Below, one piece after another: positions 49,621 to 62,169 of a stretch of 63,574 bases of DNA. Positions within the stretch are counted from its first letter, which is position 1. Each line of letters starts with the position of its first letter. The translations under genes were made by a program, and so were the position numbers. A model generated the notes under the pieces. That model was given only the letters and a program-made list of their open reading frames with translations. It was not told the origin of the DNA and searched no databases. Origin of the DNA: Chiloscyllium plagiosum (lineage: Eukaryota); the NCBI RefSeq assembly GCF_004010195.1, contig NC_057756.1:9516151-9579724 (forward strand). The letters run 5' to 3'.

Positions 49621-52600
49621 ACAGCTGATCATCTTTGAACATGTTGGCTCCCAAGTGGTTCTGAATGATAAAGTAAATGCTGACAGGAACAATCACTCAT
49701 TCTTTGAGTACCAACTACTCTTAATGATATAAAATGACAGAAACGTTTTTTTCTTTTGTTGCAATCTTATTTATCAGTTGTTTGTTTTGATAATCTGCTG
49801 TTATCATTCAAAGCTAATATTTGTATTTGTTGCGAGTTCATTTCAATGCTTCCACTAACTACCATAAAAATGTTGTTTTAAGATTGATCAATTGCTGTAC
49901 ATTTATCAGAATTATCAAAATTCTGATTGCCAGTTAACCTCTGTGAGAGGGAGAGAATAAAGGATGAGCTCCTAACTGGAAAACAAAACCTAAAATTCTT
50001 AAACTGATGGTTCATGAATGTTCTTCAGGCTGGAGAAAGGTTTGCAGTGAAGATCCCCAGGGGTCAATATTAGGGCACTTGCTTTTCCTGCTACAGATTA
50101 ATGATCTGGATCTTGATATGAAGTGACAAGTTCAAATTTTGCAGATTGAACCAATTGGAAGCTCTGAAGATTTCAATGTGAATCTCCAGATGGATATTGA
50201 CATGTTTGTAGTGCCGCCAGATGCGGTTTGATGCAGAGAAGTGTGAGGTGGTGCACTTTGATTGGAAGAACATCGAAGGACAATATAAATTCTGAAGGGG
50301 GTGCAGGATTGGGGGGACCTGGATTGTTTTACTTAGATCGTTGAACGTGGCAGGACAGGTTGAGAAATACGTTAAAGCATCCAGTGCACAAGAGCAGAGA
50401 TGTGATGCTGAATTTATGCAAGGCATTTGTTACTCCTCAGTTGTAATTTTCTGTACAGTTGTAAATGCCTTACTGCGAGAAGGATGTGAACACATCAGAG
50501 ACAATGCAAAAAGAGTTTACAAGAATGGATCCAGGAATGAGAAACTTTATATTTACCCAGATCATTGAAGGTGGCAGGATAGGTTGAGAAATACATTAAA
50601 GCATTCAGTGTACAAGAGCAGAGATATGAGGTTAAATTTATACAAGACATTTGTTAGACTCAGTTGGAATATTGTGTACAGTTGTAAATGCCTTATTGTG
50701 GGAAGGATGTGAACACATCAGAGACAACACAGAAACAGTTTACAAGAATGGATCCAGGAATGAGAACTTCAGTTATGAAGATAGATCAAAGAAGCTGAGA
50801 CTGCTCTCCCTGTGAGATGGCTGAGGGGAGATTTGATAGAAGTTTTCAAAATAATGAAGGGGTTGGATAGAGTAGGTGAGGGTGGAAGCTAACTGTGCTT
50901 AGAAAAGGATAAAAAAGCAGAGGACCTAGAGTTAAAGCGATTTGCAAAAGAAGCAAATGTGAAAGAGGAAAAGTTTTCTCACAGAGCTCGTAGTTGCGGT
51001 ATAGAACACGCTGCCTGGGACAGCATGGGATGATTGTATATATAGAAATAAAGTTCAACGACATTAGAAAATATCACGAGATTGGCAGTAGGTAATGATG
51101 CTCATGTGCGAAGCTGGTGTAAACACAATGGACCGAATGGTCCTGTGATGGAGACTGGGAGAATGTGGAACATGCTACCTGAGGGAATGGTTGAAGTGGA
51201 AACAGTGAGGGTGATGAGAATAGATTGTCAGGGTGGGAGATTTAAATAAGAAAGGAGGCAAGCATGAATACCAGCATGGATTGGTTTGGCCTAATGGCGC
51301 ATGTATATGCCCTAAAACCCTATGCTGCACAAACTTGTTGTGATGAACCAAAATGGGTAGGGTGGACACCTTGATATGTTGGAGGATGAATAGTCTATGG
51401 GAGGAGGTAGAGCCGTGATAGGATACAATATACAACCAATAAGGTCATTTTCAATTAGATGAAAACAAAATATTTCCACATCAGATTCACAATGACATTA
51501 TATCCCATTTCCATCCTGTTTGGAGCACCTGTAATTCCATGTAGAAACTATAGTGTCTTTGAGGTCCTTCACAAACCACCCATGATTGAGCAAATCCTAG
51601 TCTGCATTGTCGTCCTATAAATTCAGTTGATTTTGGAAATAATTCACACAGTGCAATCACAACCAGTTTAAAGACTGGCTGTGAGTCATCAGGTATTTGG
51701 AACCTGCCAGTGAAACACAGGATACCAGAAGACTCACTGTACCACCTCTCTACCTCCTCTCTCCACCAGCTTTCCCCATCAACAAAAGCCAAGTCACTAA
51801 AAATCATAGAAATATAGAACCTCTACAGTGAGGAAGCAGGCTGTTTGGCCCATCAAATTCACCCTCTGAAGAGCATTCCACCCTGAACCAGCCTCCCACC
51901 TTATCCCTGTATTTCCCATGGCTTATCCACCTAACCTGCACATTCCTGGACACTATGGCCAACTTAACATGGCCAATCCACCCTAACGTGTACATCTTCA
52001 GACTGTGGGAGGAAACTATAGAACCCAAAGCAAACCCACCCAAGCTGGAATCAAACCCAGGTCCCTGGTGCCATGAGGTAGCTGTGCTAACCACTGAGCT
52101 ACCATCACCACCTTTTTCCATATTTTCCTTCACGGAACAGGAGGATTACTAACAAGGTCAGTATTTCTTGTTTCTTCTTAGCTGCCCCTTGAACTATTGC
52201 ACACCACGTTCTATGGGTAGATCCACAGTGCCCTGAGAGACGGGATTCCAGGAGTTAAACCCAAAAACTCTGAAGGAAAGGCGATAACTTTCCAAATCAG
52301 GATGGAGAGTGGCTCAGAGGGGAACTTGCAGGGGTGGTGTTCCCATGTATCTGCTGCCCTCGACCTTCTAGATGGAAGTGGTTGTGGATTTGGAAGGTGC
52401 TGCCTGAGGATCTTTGGTGAATAGCTGCAGTGAATTTTATAGTTTGGTAGAGACTGCTGCCACTGTGTGCTGGTGTTGGAGGGTGATCGTTTAGCTTAAT
52501 GAATGTGGTGCTGATCAAAAGGACTTATCTTTAAATCATATTGAGCTTGAATGTTGGAGTCACACTCATCCAGGCAAATGGGAAGTATTCCATCACAAAT

Positions 52601-53012
52601 GGGACTGGATGAGTTTAGGATATCTGGTTGGCACGGACAAAGGGTCTGTTTCCATGTTGTATGACACTACGACACTCCTGACTTGTCCCCTTGTTGATGG
52701 TGAACAGGAGGCAAATTACTTGCTGTAGGATTCCCAGGCCTTGACATGTTTTATAGCCATTGCATTTATATTGAATTGAATTGTGAATTTGAATTTTTTG
52801 TCACATGTACCAAGGAAAGCTTTGTCTTATGAGCAATACAGGCAGATCACAGAGTTAAGTAGCATAGATAAGTAAATAATAGGTAAACAGCGGCAGAAAC
52901 AAAAACACAGGTACAGATCAATGGTAAGAGTTTGTGAGTCCTTTCAGTAATCTAGCAACAGTAGGGTAGAAACTGTTTTGAAACCGGCTGCCTAACACCA
53001 CACAGTTATATT

Positions 53013-53308
53013 AGATTAGATTACCTACAGTGTGGAAACAGACCTCTCGGCCCAACAAGTCCACACCAATCCTCCGAAGAGTAACCCACCCAAACACATT
53101 CCCCTACATTTACCCCTTCACCTAACACTACGGGCAATTTACCTAAAATGCACATTTTTGGACTGTGGGAGGAAACCGAAGCTCCCGGAGGAAACCCACG
53201 CAGACACGGGGAGAATGTGCAAACTCCACACAGACAGTTGCCTGAGCGGGAATTGAACCTAGGTCTCTGGCAGTGTGAGGCAGCAGTGCAGACCACTGTG
53301 CCACCCAC
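53013..53308 (-). mobile_element. HE1-type V-SINE
   Basis: Reverse complement of SINE consensus with (attag)n. Confidence 0.9.
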
Positions 53309-53738
53309 GATGAATCCAGTTTAGTTTCTGCTCAATGGTCGCTCTCAGGACATTGCTAAGTGGAGGATTCATTGATGGTAATGCTGTTGTGTGTCATGGG
53401 CATATGTTTGATCATTGGCTGCCACTGTGTGATATGCATGTTTTTAAACTCCTCATCAGTCTATTATTCCCCCTCTAATTCTGAAATTCCCTCTCATTGT
53501 CAATGTTTCTCTCACATTCCCAACTATTCCTAACTATCACAATCCCTGATATTCTCTGCTTGTCAAGTGTTGCTGTCCGTGAGTATGGACTGAAATGAAA
53601 TTGAATATTACACAACCTTCCCCAGTGGGATGCAGCAGTCTCATGTTCACATCAAATCAAATAAAAATTACACCACAGAAATATTGCATTGAGCACAAAT
53701 GGCCTGTTTCAAATTCTAATGAACTTCCTCTATTAAAC

Positions 53739-53967
53739 TTAAACCAAACCAGAGTAACGCAAAGATTGAAGTTGACAAAAATCCTCATTTTCATCATCAT
53801 CGTTGACAGACAACTCATCTTCATTGTCATCCTCCTCCTCCTCCTCCCCTTCTTCCACCAAGTCCTCATTTTTCCATGCTTGAAGGACTGAAGGTAAAGG
53901 AATCCCATCAAAATTTAGGCTGGGTTGAACAATCTCATCATCTGGGGAAATGATCAGTGTTTCCATC
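53739..53967 (-). CDS. Candidate acidic exon of an upstream (TRIM-like?) gene or pseudogene
   Basis: cctacag|G ATG GAA...; METLIISPDDEIVQPSLNFDGIPLPS...EEGEEEEDDNEDELSVNDDDENEDF; non-repeat sequence with clean acceptor. Confidence 0.4.
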
Positions 53968-54329
53968 CTGTAGGATCAGATATAAACAAGGAAGTGAGAA
54001 GATGGTGTTTAGAAATGTAATAACTACATACAGTGCCTAATCCTGGCAGAAACAGGTCATTTTGCCCATCTTCTCCATGCTGTCATTTGATCTCAGAATC
54101 CTGTTCTGTTTGGGACAATCTATTTGGAAACTCTGTCTATCACTGGCCCAGGCTGTGTGGTGTTTGGCAGTGGTGCTGGCTTTTCCCTGGGATTCCTTTC
54201 CAATCCAATAAACTCTCCCAATCCCCATCACTCATAGTTTCCAATGTAAGTCTTAGAATTTGAATTCAGTTAAAAACAAAACTGATAAAAGTTTGACAAG
54301 GCTGCTTTTCCCTCTGTGTTTAAATCTCC

Positions 54330-54670
54330 CATTTTTTGTCTGTCTCTCTCAATCCCTCTCTGTCTGACTCTCCCAATCCTTCTCCATCTGTCTCTCCCAA
54401 ATCTCTCTCTGTCTGCCTGATAGAATCCAATTCTTGATTATATACAGTCTGACTCTCCCGGTCTATGTCTATATGACTTTCCCAGTCCTTGTCCATCTGA
54501 CTTCCCCAGTCCGTGTGTCTGACTCTCCCAGTCCCTGTCCGTCTGACTGTTCCAATCTCAGTCCATCTGACTCTCCCAAATCCCTCTCCATCCGCCTGAG
54601 ATTCCTGATCCCTGTCCATCTGACTTTCCCAAGATGCTCTCCCTTTAGAGAGGGAGAGAGAGAGAGACAC
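54330..54670. repeat. CT-rich low-complexity repeat
   Basis: (gtctgactctccca)-like units. Confidence 0.8.
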
Positions 54671-55477
54671 AGCCATGACTGGTGGTGAGTTTAACCAGAT
54701 GGTTACCAGCCCTCAGGCAAAGGGAAATGTTGAGGCAGCAGGGCTTTCATGGTGACTTCAATCAGAAAGGTTATTGAACCACATTGTTGATGGCACTCTA
54801 AGTCTCAAACAAGCCCTGCAGTCAACTGGTGCTCATCCACTTCCCACATTCCAGGGTCTATTATTCCCCCTCTAATTCCTAAATTCCCTCTCATTGTCAA
54901 TGTTTCTCTCACATTCCCAACTATTCCTAACTATCACAATCCCTGATATTCTCTGCTTGTCTGTGTCAAATTACAGTGAAACCACGATGAGTCACATTCA
55001 GAGTTGCCAAATCGCCAGTTGCGCCAAAGTGAGTCAGCCAGTCATTCCGACCAGCAGACCAGGAAATCCAGAAAAAAAGGGATATCCGTGATCAACCAAA
55101 GTCTCAAACTGATCATTGTGGATTTGTCAGCCTCGTGTGCTTGTCACATGACCACACCAAGCAAAACTGGAGCACAGTTAGACCCTGATGGAGCCCAAAA
55201 TCACAGGCAAACCGACAGAGGTGGTCTGGGCCAAGTCCTCCAATGAGAGGCACCAGGAGAGATCTTTAATACTGATAATGATAATGCCACTTGGCAATGG
55301 CCTGGCGATATTATGACTGGATTGTTAATCTGGAGACCCAGGTAATGTTCTGGGGACACGTGTTCAAATCCCACCACGGAAGATGTTGGAATATGAATTC
55401 AATAAGGAGGAGCATAGAACATTATAATGCAGCACAGGCCCTTCGGCCCTCAATGTTGCACTGACCTATGAAACTAA

Positions 55478-55800
55478 TTAGATTAGATTAGATTAGATTA
55501 CTTACAGTGTGGAAACAGGCCCTTTGGCCCAACAAGTCCACACCGCCCCGCCGAAGCGCAACCCACCTATACCCCCTACATTTACCCCTTACCTAACACT
55601 ACGGGCAATTTAGCATGGCCAATTCACCTGACCTGCACATCTTTGGACTGTGGGAGGAAACCAGAGCACCCGGAGGAAACCCATGCAGACACGGGGAGAA
55701 CGTGCAAACTCCACACAGTCAGTCGCCTGAGGCGGGAATTGAACCCAGGTCTCTGGAGCTGTGAGGCAGCAGTGCTAACCACTGTGCCACCCTGCCGCCC
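55478..55800 (-). mobile_element. HE1-type V-SINE (young copy)
   Basis: Near-consensus reverse complement with (attag)n tail. Confidence 0.92.
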
Positions 55801-56922
55801 ACTAATCTGAAGCCCTCTAACCTACACTGTTTCATTATGATCCATATGTTTATCCAATGAACATTTAAATGAACCCACCTGGTTCACTAATATTCTTTAG
55901 GAAAGAAGCTGCCATCCTTATTTGGTCTGGCCTATATGTAACTCCACATCCTCAGTAATGTGGTTGACAATTAGGGCAGCAATGCACACATCATGTGAAT
56001 AAATAAAACTAAAATCCGTACTCTGCTTTACCATCTTTTACCAGATTGCCCTTTGATGTTTCAGCATTTTTGAAGTGTGGATTAGAAAAGTGGACAAAAC
56101 ACTTTAAGAGAAGGAAGGAAGAGGGTCTAGTGAAACCCTGCCCGCATGAAAGCAGCTGTGATCCATCACAATCCCTCCCTGCACCACAAAACTGCACAGA
56201 CAATGGGATTCAATCAAAGGCAACATATGCTGAGCAGACACAGGTGTTTGAGCTTTTCTAGAACAAGATCCCAGCATTATTCAACAGTTGTGTAAAGGGA
56301 CCAAGTGCTGGCAAATGGGACTAGATTAGTTCAGGATATCTGGTTGGCACGTACAAGTTGGACGAAGGGGTCTGTTCCGTGCTGTACATCTCTATGACTT
56401 TAAATTCTTACATTGTTGCTGCGTCATTGTGTTTTCATTTTTTTTCAACACAAAACAAACTTGCAGGCAAATCAGGTTTTATAATGGTTACCTTTTCTAT
56501 CTTAAAGCACCACCTCTGACATTCGAATTAGCATGGTTTTACTATATTCCCTTTATTCCCTACATGTACATTAGAAATCTTACCTCTGCATGAACTCCAT
56601 CATACCCTGGAACACAAAGAATAGTACATGACCATTTGTGACCTGGAATGATTCACACAGACACACTCCCCTCTCTTAACATTGACACTCACTCACTTCA
56701 ACGTGTACATGATAGCACTCAAACTTATGCCTGCACTCACTCATACATAAGCATGCTTGTGCCAACTGTGGACTACTCGAGCATTTACACATGCACACTA
56801 GCAAACATACATACAGAGAGAAATTGAAATTTCACACACCCAAGAATAAAAATCCTCATGTTGGACATGTTCCCCACAGGGTAGATCAGGGACTGACAGT
56901 CTCAATGGACTGAAGTTAAATT

Positions 56923-57215
56923 GGGGTGGCATAATGGCTCAGTGGTTCGCACTGCTGCTCCGTAGTGCCAGGGACCTGGGTTCAATTCCAGCCTCGGGTG
57001 ACTGTCTGTGTTGAGTTTGCACATTCTCCCTGTGTCTGCGTGGGTTTCCTCTGGGTGCTCCGGTTTCCTCCCACAGTCCAAAGATGTGCAAAGCTTCAGT
57101 GAATTGGCCATGCTAAATTGCCCGTAATGTTCAGGGATGTGTAGGTCAGGTGCATGAGTCAGAGGTAATGTACTGTAATAGGTGTATGGAATGGGTCTGG
57201 GTGATTTACTCTTCA
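56923..57215 (+). mobile_element. HE1-type V-SINE
   Basis: SINE consensus. Confidence 0.87.
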
Positions 57216-57379
57216 GAGTACAGAGATGCAGAAGTTATGCTGTAGTTATACAAAACCGTGTTTGGATCCCACTTGGGCACCACACCTTAGGCAGAATATA
57301 TACATCTTGGTGGGAGTACAGTGTAGGTTTACAAAAATTATACTTAGACTTCAGGGGTTATACAAATTAGATGTGTTTT

Positions 57380-58030
57380 CTCTGTCTCACAGAGATAAGA
57401 CACACAGCAGTTACAGACAGCAGTTACAGAGAGACAGCAAAAACAGAGACGAACACAGTCTCACAGAGATAGAGACAGACAGAGTCACAGAGGGACAGCA
57501 GAAACACAGAGTGAGACAGTCTGACAGAGAAAGAGATAGTAGAAACACAGATAGACAGAGATGGTCTGTCTGCCTCTCAGAGACAGAGACAGCACAAACA
57601 TAGACACAGTAACAGAGATAGAGACAGCAGACAGAGAGAGAGAGACAGACAGACATGTAGACACAGTCACACAGATAGACAGCATACAGATACATTTATC
57701 GAGAGGCAGACAGAAACAAACACACAATCTCAGAGATAGAAAAAGAGACAGGAGAAATAAACAGGTACAGTCAGAGAGAGACAGCCAGCAAAAACAGAGA
57801 CAAACAGACAGCAGGAAAATGGTCTCACAGAGATACAAACACAGCAGAAACATAAAGACAAGCAATAACAGTCTTTCTCTCTCTGTCACACACACACACA
57901 CACACACAAAACAGGCAGACACATTCACAGAGAAAGAGAGAGAGAGAGACAGCAGAAACAATCCGACTGGAGAAACTCGGTGGCAGGTGATACATACACA
58001 CACAAGACCCTCATGCAGAGAGAGCAAGAA
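57380..58030. repeat. GA/CA-rich microsatellite region
   Basis: (gaca/gaga/ca)n. Confidence 0.9.
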
Positions 58031-58132
58031 AGACGAGTCATACATAGCCTAGAGGAGAGGGAGGAGGGAGGAATGCACAGGAAGGAACTGGAGCAGAAAA
58101 CTCAATCAGTGATTGAATCAGAAATGTCATAC

Positions 58133-58366
58133 TCTGACAAACTCGAAGTCGTCCCGAAGCCTGGATGCCTCCCGGAACGATTGGATGGTATCCTCGCAAT
58201 GTTCCAGCCTGTGCATGGCCTGTGCCTGGAGGCCGTGGATGGAATCGAGGTGGTCATTCCCGACGTGTTGCATGTCAATCATCAACCGCTCCTTCTCGTT
58301 CTGCAGGAACTCGATCAGGCGGTCGATCTGACCTTCTGCCCTGTCCTTGGCATCAGCGATCTCCAC
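58133..58366 (-). CDS. Coiled-coil exon of a TRIM-like gene (234 bp, phase 0-0)
   Basis: gttcag|VEIADAKDRAEGQIDRLIEFLQNEKERLM...FREASRLRDDFEFVR|gtatga; size, phase and L.EFL..E...L pattern are typical of the TRIM coiled-coil exon. Confidence 0.7.
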
Positions 58367-58539
58367 CTGAACATGGGGACAACACATGCGGTTAGTCAGG
58401 CATCGAAGTGCACCCCGTAGGGTTTTTGTGGTGTAGAGGTAGTGTCCCTACCCCTAGACTGGGAGTCCAGCGTTCACATCCCACTGCTCCAGAGCTGTGG
58501 AATAACATCTCTGACCAGACTGATGAGGAAGAATAGATT

Positions 58540-59045
58540 ACATAGAGTCATAGAGATGTACAGCATGGAAACAGACCCTTCAGTCCAACCCGTCCATGCC
58601 GACCAGATTTCCCAACCCAATCTAGTCCCACCTGTCAGCACCCGGCCCATATCCCTCCAAACCCTTCCTATTCAGATACACATCCAAATGCCCCTTAAAT
58701 GTTGCAATTGTACCAGCCTCCACCACTTCCTCTGGCCATACACATACCACCCACTGTGTGAAAAAGTTGCCCCTTAGGTCTCTTTTATATCTTTCCACTC
58801 TCACCCTAAACATATGCCCCTCTCGTTCTGGACCTTCCAACCCCAGAGAAAAGATCTTGGCTATTCATCCTATCCATGCCCCTCATAATTTTGTAAACCT
58901 CTACAAGGTCACCCCTCAGCCTCCGACGCTCCAGGGAAAACAGCCGCAGCCTGTTCAGCCTCTCCCTATAGCTCAAATCCTCCAACCCTGGCAACATCCT
59001 TGTAAATCTTTTCTGAACCATTTCAAGTTTCACAACATCTTTCTG
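58540..59045 (-). mobile_element. CR1/HER1 LINE 3' fragment
   Basis: [29 protein letters not shown] on minus strand. Confidence 0.9.
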
Positions 59046-61164
59046 AATCATTTTTTTTTAAAAAAATCAAAACTTGTTAAGGGACTCTTGTGGTGTGGTG
59101 GTAATGTCCCTATCTCTGAGTTAAGTGGTCCAGGTTCCAATGCCATGTGCTCTAGAGGTGTTCAGCCGTGCTTCAGAATGGGTTGATTAAAAGGTACAAA
59201 GAGGAACTAGTCCCACCTGCTCCAGAAAACCAACTCTAATCAGGGAAGGAGGTTACAGCGCTGAAAGAATCCACTTGGCCCATTCTGTCTGTGCCGGCTC
59301 TCTTGTAAGAACAATGCAGCCATTCCCACTCCCTCTCCTGGGACCCCAACATGGTTTCTCTCTAATGAACCAATTCCTTTGGAGACGGTCGCTGAAGCAG
59401 CTCTACTGTACTCTCGGGAAGTGCACTCCAGATCCTAATCAGTTTCTAGAGTCACACAGCACGGAAACAGCCCCTTCAGCCCAACTTGTCCATGCTGACC
59501 AGGTACCCCAAAACTGAACTAGTCCCATTTGCCTGCGTGTGGCCCATATCCTTTCCTAGTCATGCATCTGGTCTAATTATACCCACCTCCACTATTTCCC
59601 CTGGCAGCTCATTCCACACACGCACCACCCTCTGTGTGAAAAAAGTTGCCCTTTAGGTCTCTTTTGAATCTTTACCCCTCTCACTCTTAAACCTACGACC
59701 TCTACATTTGGATTCCCCTACCATGGAGAAAAGACCTTGTCTATTTACCCTATCCATGCCCCTCTTGATTCTATAAACCTCTATAAGGTCACCCCTCAGC
59801 CTCTGACGCTCCAGGGAAAACAGCCCCAGCCTATTAAGCCTCTCCTTGTAACTCAGTCGCTCTGGTTTAAACCTTCTTCATTTCTCCATTTCCTCTTTGT
59901 CCAGGCCCCTCATAACTTTGAACACCTCATTAGAATCATATAATTGAGAAGAGGACCTTCGGCCCATCAGATCTGTGCTGTTAAAAACTACTTTAATTTT
60001 TACAGTTGTCCCTCTCACCTGCACTAGGCACATAGCCTTGAATATTGTGGCACTGTAAGTTCTCATCCAAGTATGTTTTGAAGTTTGTGAGGTTTCCCAC
60101 CTCAACTACCCTCCCAGCAGTGCATCCCATACCCCTACCACCCTCTGGCTGAAAACTGTTTTCCTCAAATCCCCTTGAAACCTCCTGCCTTTCATCTTGA
60201 AACTATGCCCCCTTTGCTACTAACCCTTCAACCACGGGGAACAGCTGTTATCTCTCTACCCTGTCCAAGACTCTCAATGAAATCTCTACCGAATCTTCTC
60301 TCTGCTCAGATCTAACCACGCAACAGATGTCCTTCTCCCTTGATCCATCTTCACAAATCATCTTAGCTGCCAAAGCCTGGACAGAGTTTTCACAGCAGGT
60401 TTCTGTATACATCCCTCCCTGATGCAGTGACATCCTTCCTAACTTGCAGTGCACAAAACCAAACACAACAGTCTGGTTTGAGAAATTTATTGTCACGTGT
60501 ATTCAACATAAAATACGGTGAAAAGTGTGTACCATCCGTGTACAGTGCAATTCACACTAATTTAGAATCAAATAAAGAAAACATAACTTAAAAAGTGTCT
60601 GAACTTGGATAAGCTTTGAGGACAAATTCAGCAGAACGTCACTGCTCTTTCCCTCTAAGTGGAGATACCAATGAAGTTACTGCTTGAATATCATCCTTTC
60701 TACAAGAGAAGGAACTTCAATTCAGCTTGAACTACACAACATGAAAACCTTTCCAATTAACATCTCATCCCATAGAACTTACAATCCTACGCATTTCACT
60801 GTTTAAGATACATTGCAGAGTTTCTTGCATTGCAAGTTATTCCACATCTAATAACCTGCTCTGAAAACTCTGTTCAGGCTAAGACACTGCATGATATTTG
60901 ATGATAATTGACACCATTCAAAATCAAACAAACAAAACCACGCCACTCCGCCTCCCAATTTTTAAGTAAGTATTTCCAAGACCTGCATCTGAATTTTATC
61001 CAAAATTTAATCAGTTCTTCCTTGGGTCACACCTTATCCACGCACAGTAGTTCCTCCCCCCTCCCCTTATCCACAGGTGTTACATTCCAAAATCTACCAC
61101 GGATGCCCAAAACTGTGGATAGTAGTGAAGCCTATATTTTGAATTGAAACTTAGGACTTGAAAC

Positions 61165-61686
61165 AATTAGAAACTTATGAATCGTTTATGTGAGAGACGA
61201 TTTTGGTACAAACAACTGAGATGTGCATGACCCCAAAGTCTAAGGGGAATAGAGCCATAGGGGTAGGGTAAAACATGCTTCTCTATAATAAAGGACGAGA
61301 CATCTGCTGCTACGGAATGATAAGACCACTCACGTTGACAGAGTAGAAAAACAAGTCCTTGATTGATAAGACCACTAACTCTGACAGAGAAGAATAAGTC
61401 CTTGACTGATAAGACTACAGGGTAGAAAAACAACCCGGAGACATCTGCTGCAGACTTTGTGATAAGGGTACAGAATGGAAAAATACTGAACGGTTTAGAA
61501 TGTGAACCTTGTGACTCTTTAGAGCCAAAGAGGGGAGGGACTTGTGCTGTATTTAATGAGAAACTTTGTTAGCCTCGGGGCGCCTTTTTCTCAGAAGGGT
61601 GCCCAACTCTGCAGACTTGCTAATAAAACTTTGTTTTCCTGAATTTGTCTAGAGCGATTATTGAGAAGCGATTTTCGTTTCTAACA
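61165..61686 (+). mobile_element. LTR with internal direct repeats
   Basis: Ends gtttctaaCA with inverted match ttagaaac near 61167; repeated aagtccttga(t/c)tgataagac; TATTTAA ~61549; AATAAA 61622; no clear PBS follows. Confidence 0.6.
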
Positions 61687-62169
61687 AGGATTTATAAATC
61701 TGACAGACTAGACGTATTCATACAAGAAGTTCAGAGGAAGCATCAGTAGACATGTTGATTGCATCGCAGAATTTCACGTTATTTTCCAATACATTCCCAA
61801 AAGATATTTAGCCAATCTGGATAAGGCAAAGTTATAAATATTATCCAACAGTTTAAGAAAGGGTGAAGATAGAACATAGAACATGGAACATAGAACAATT
61901 TAGCACAGAACAGGCCCTTCGGCCCACGATGTTGTGCCGAACTTNNNNNNNNNNNNNNNNNNNNNNNNNNNNNNNNNNNNNNNNNNNNNNNNNNNNNNNN
62001 NNNNNNNNNNNNNNNNNNNNNNNNNNCGTGGGACACAGGAATCCAAAGACCGGGGGTGCCTGCAAAGGGACCTGGGCGATCACGGGACTGAAGGTCCGGG
62101 AATTGGTTAAATAGTGATAGATTATCACGGGATAATACAGGAATCTCCGATTTTACAAAGTCCTCGGCA

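Noticed and set aside
50340..50765. ~220-bp tandem duplication
   Set aside because: Internal to an old degraded CR1 fragment; no sign of function
57411..58052. ORFs of 94-186 aa
   Set aside because: Translations of GA/CA microsatellite
60248..60496. Possible further exon of the TRIM-like gene
   Set aside because: No recognisable domain or convincing splice pair
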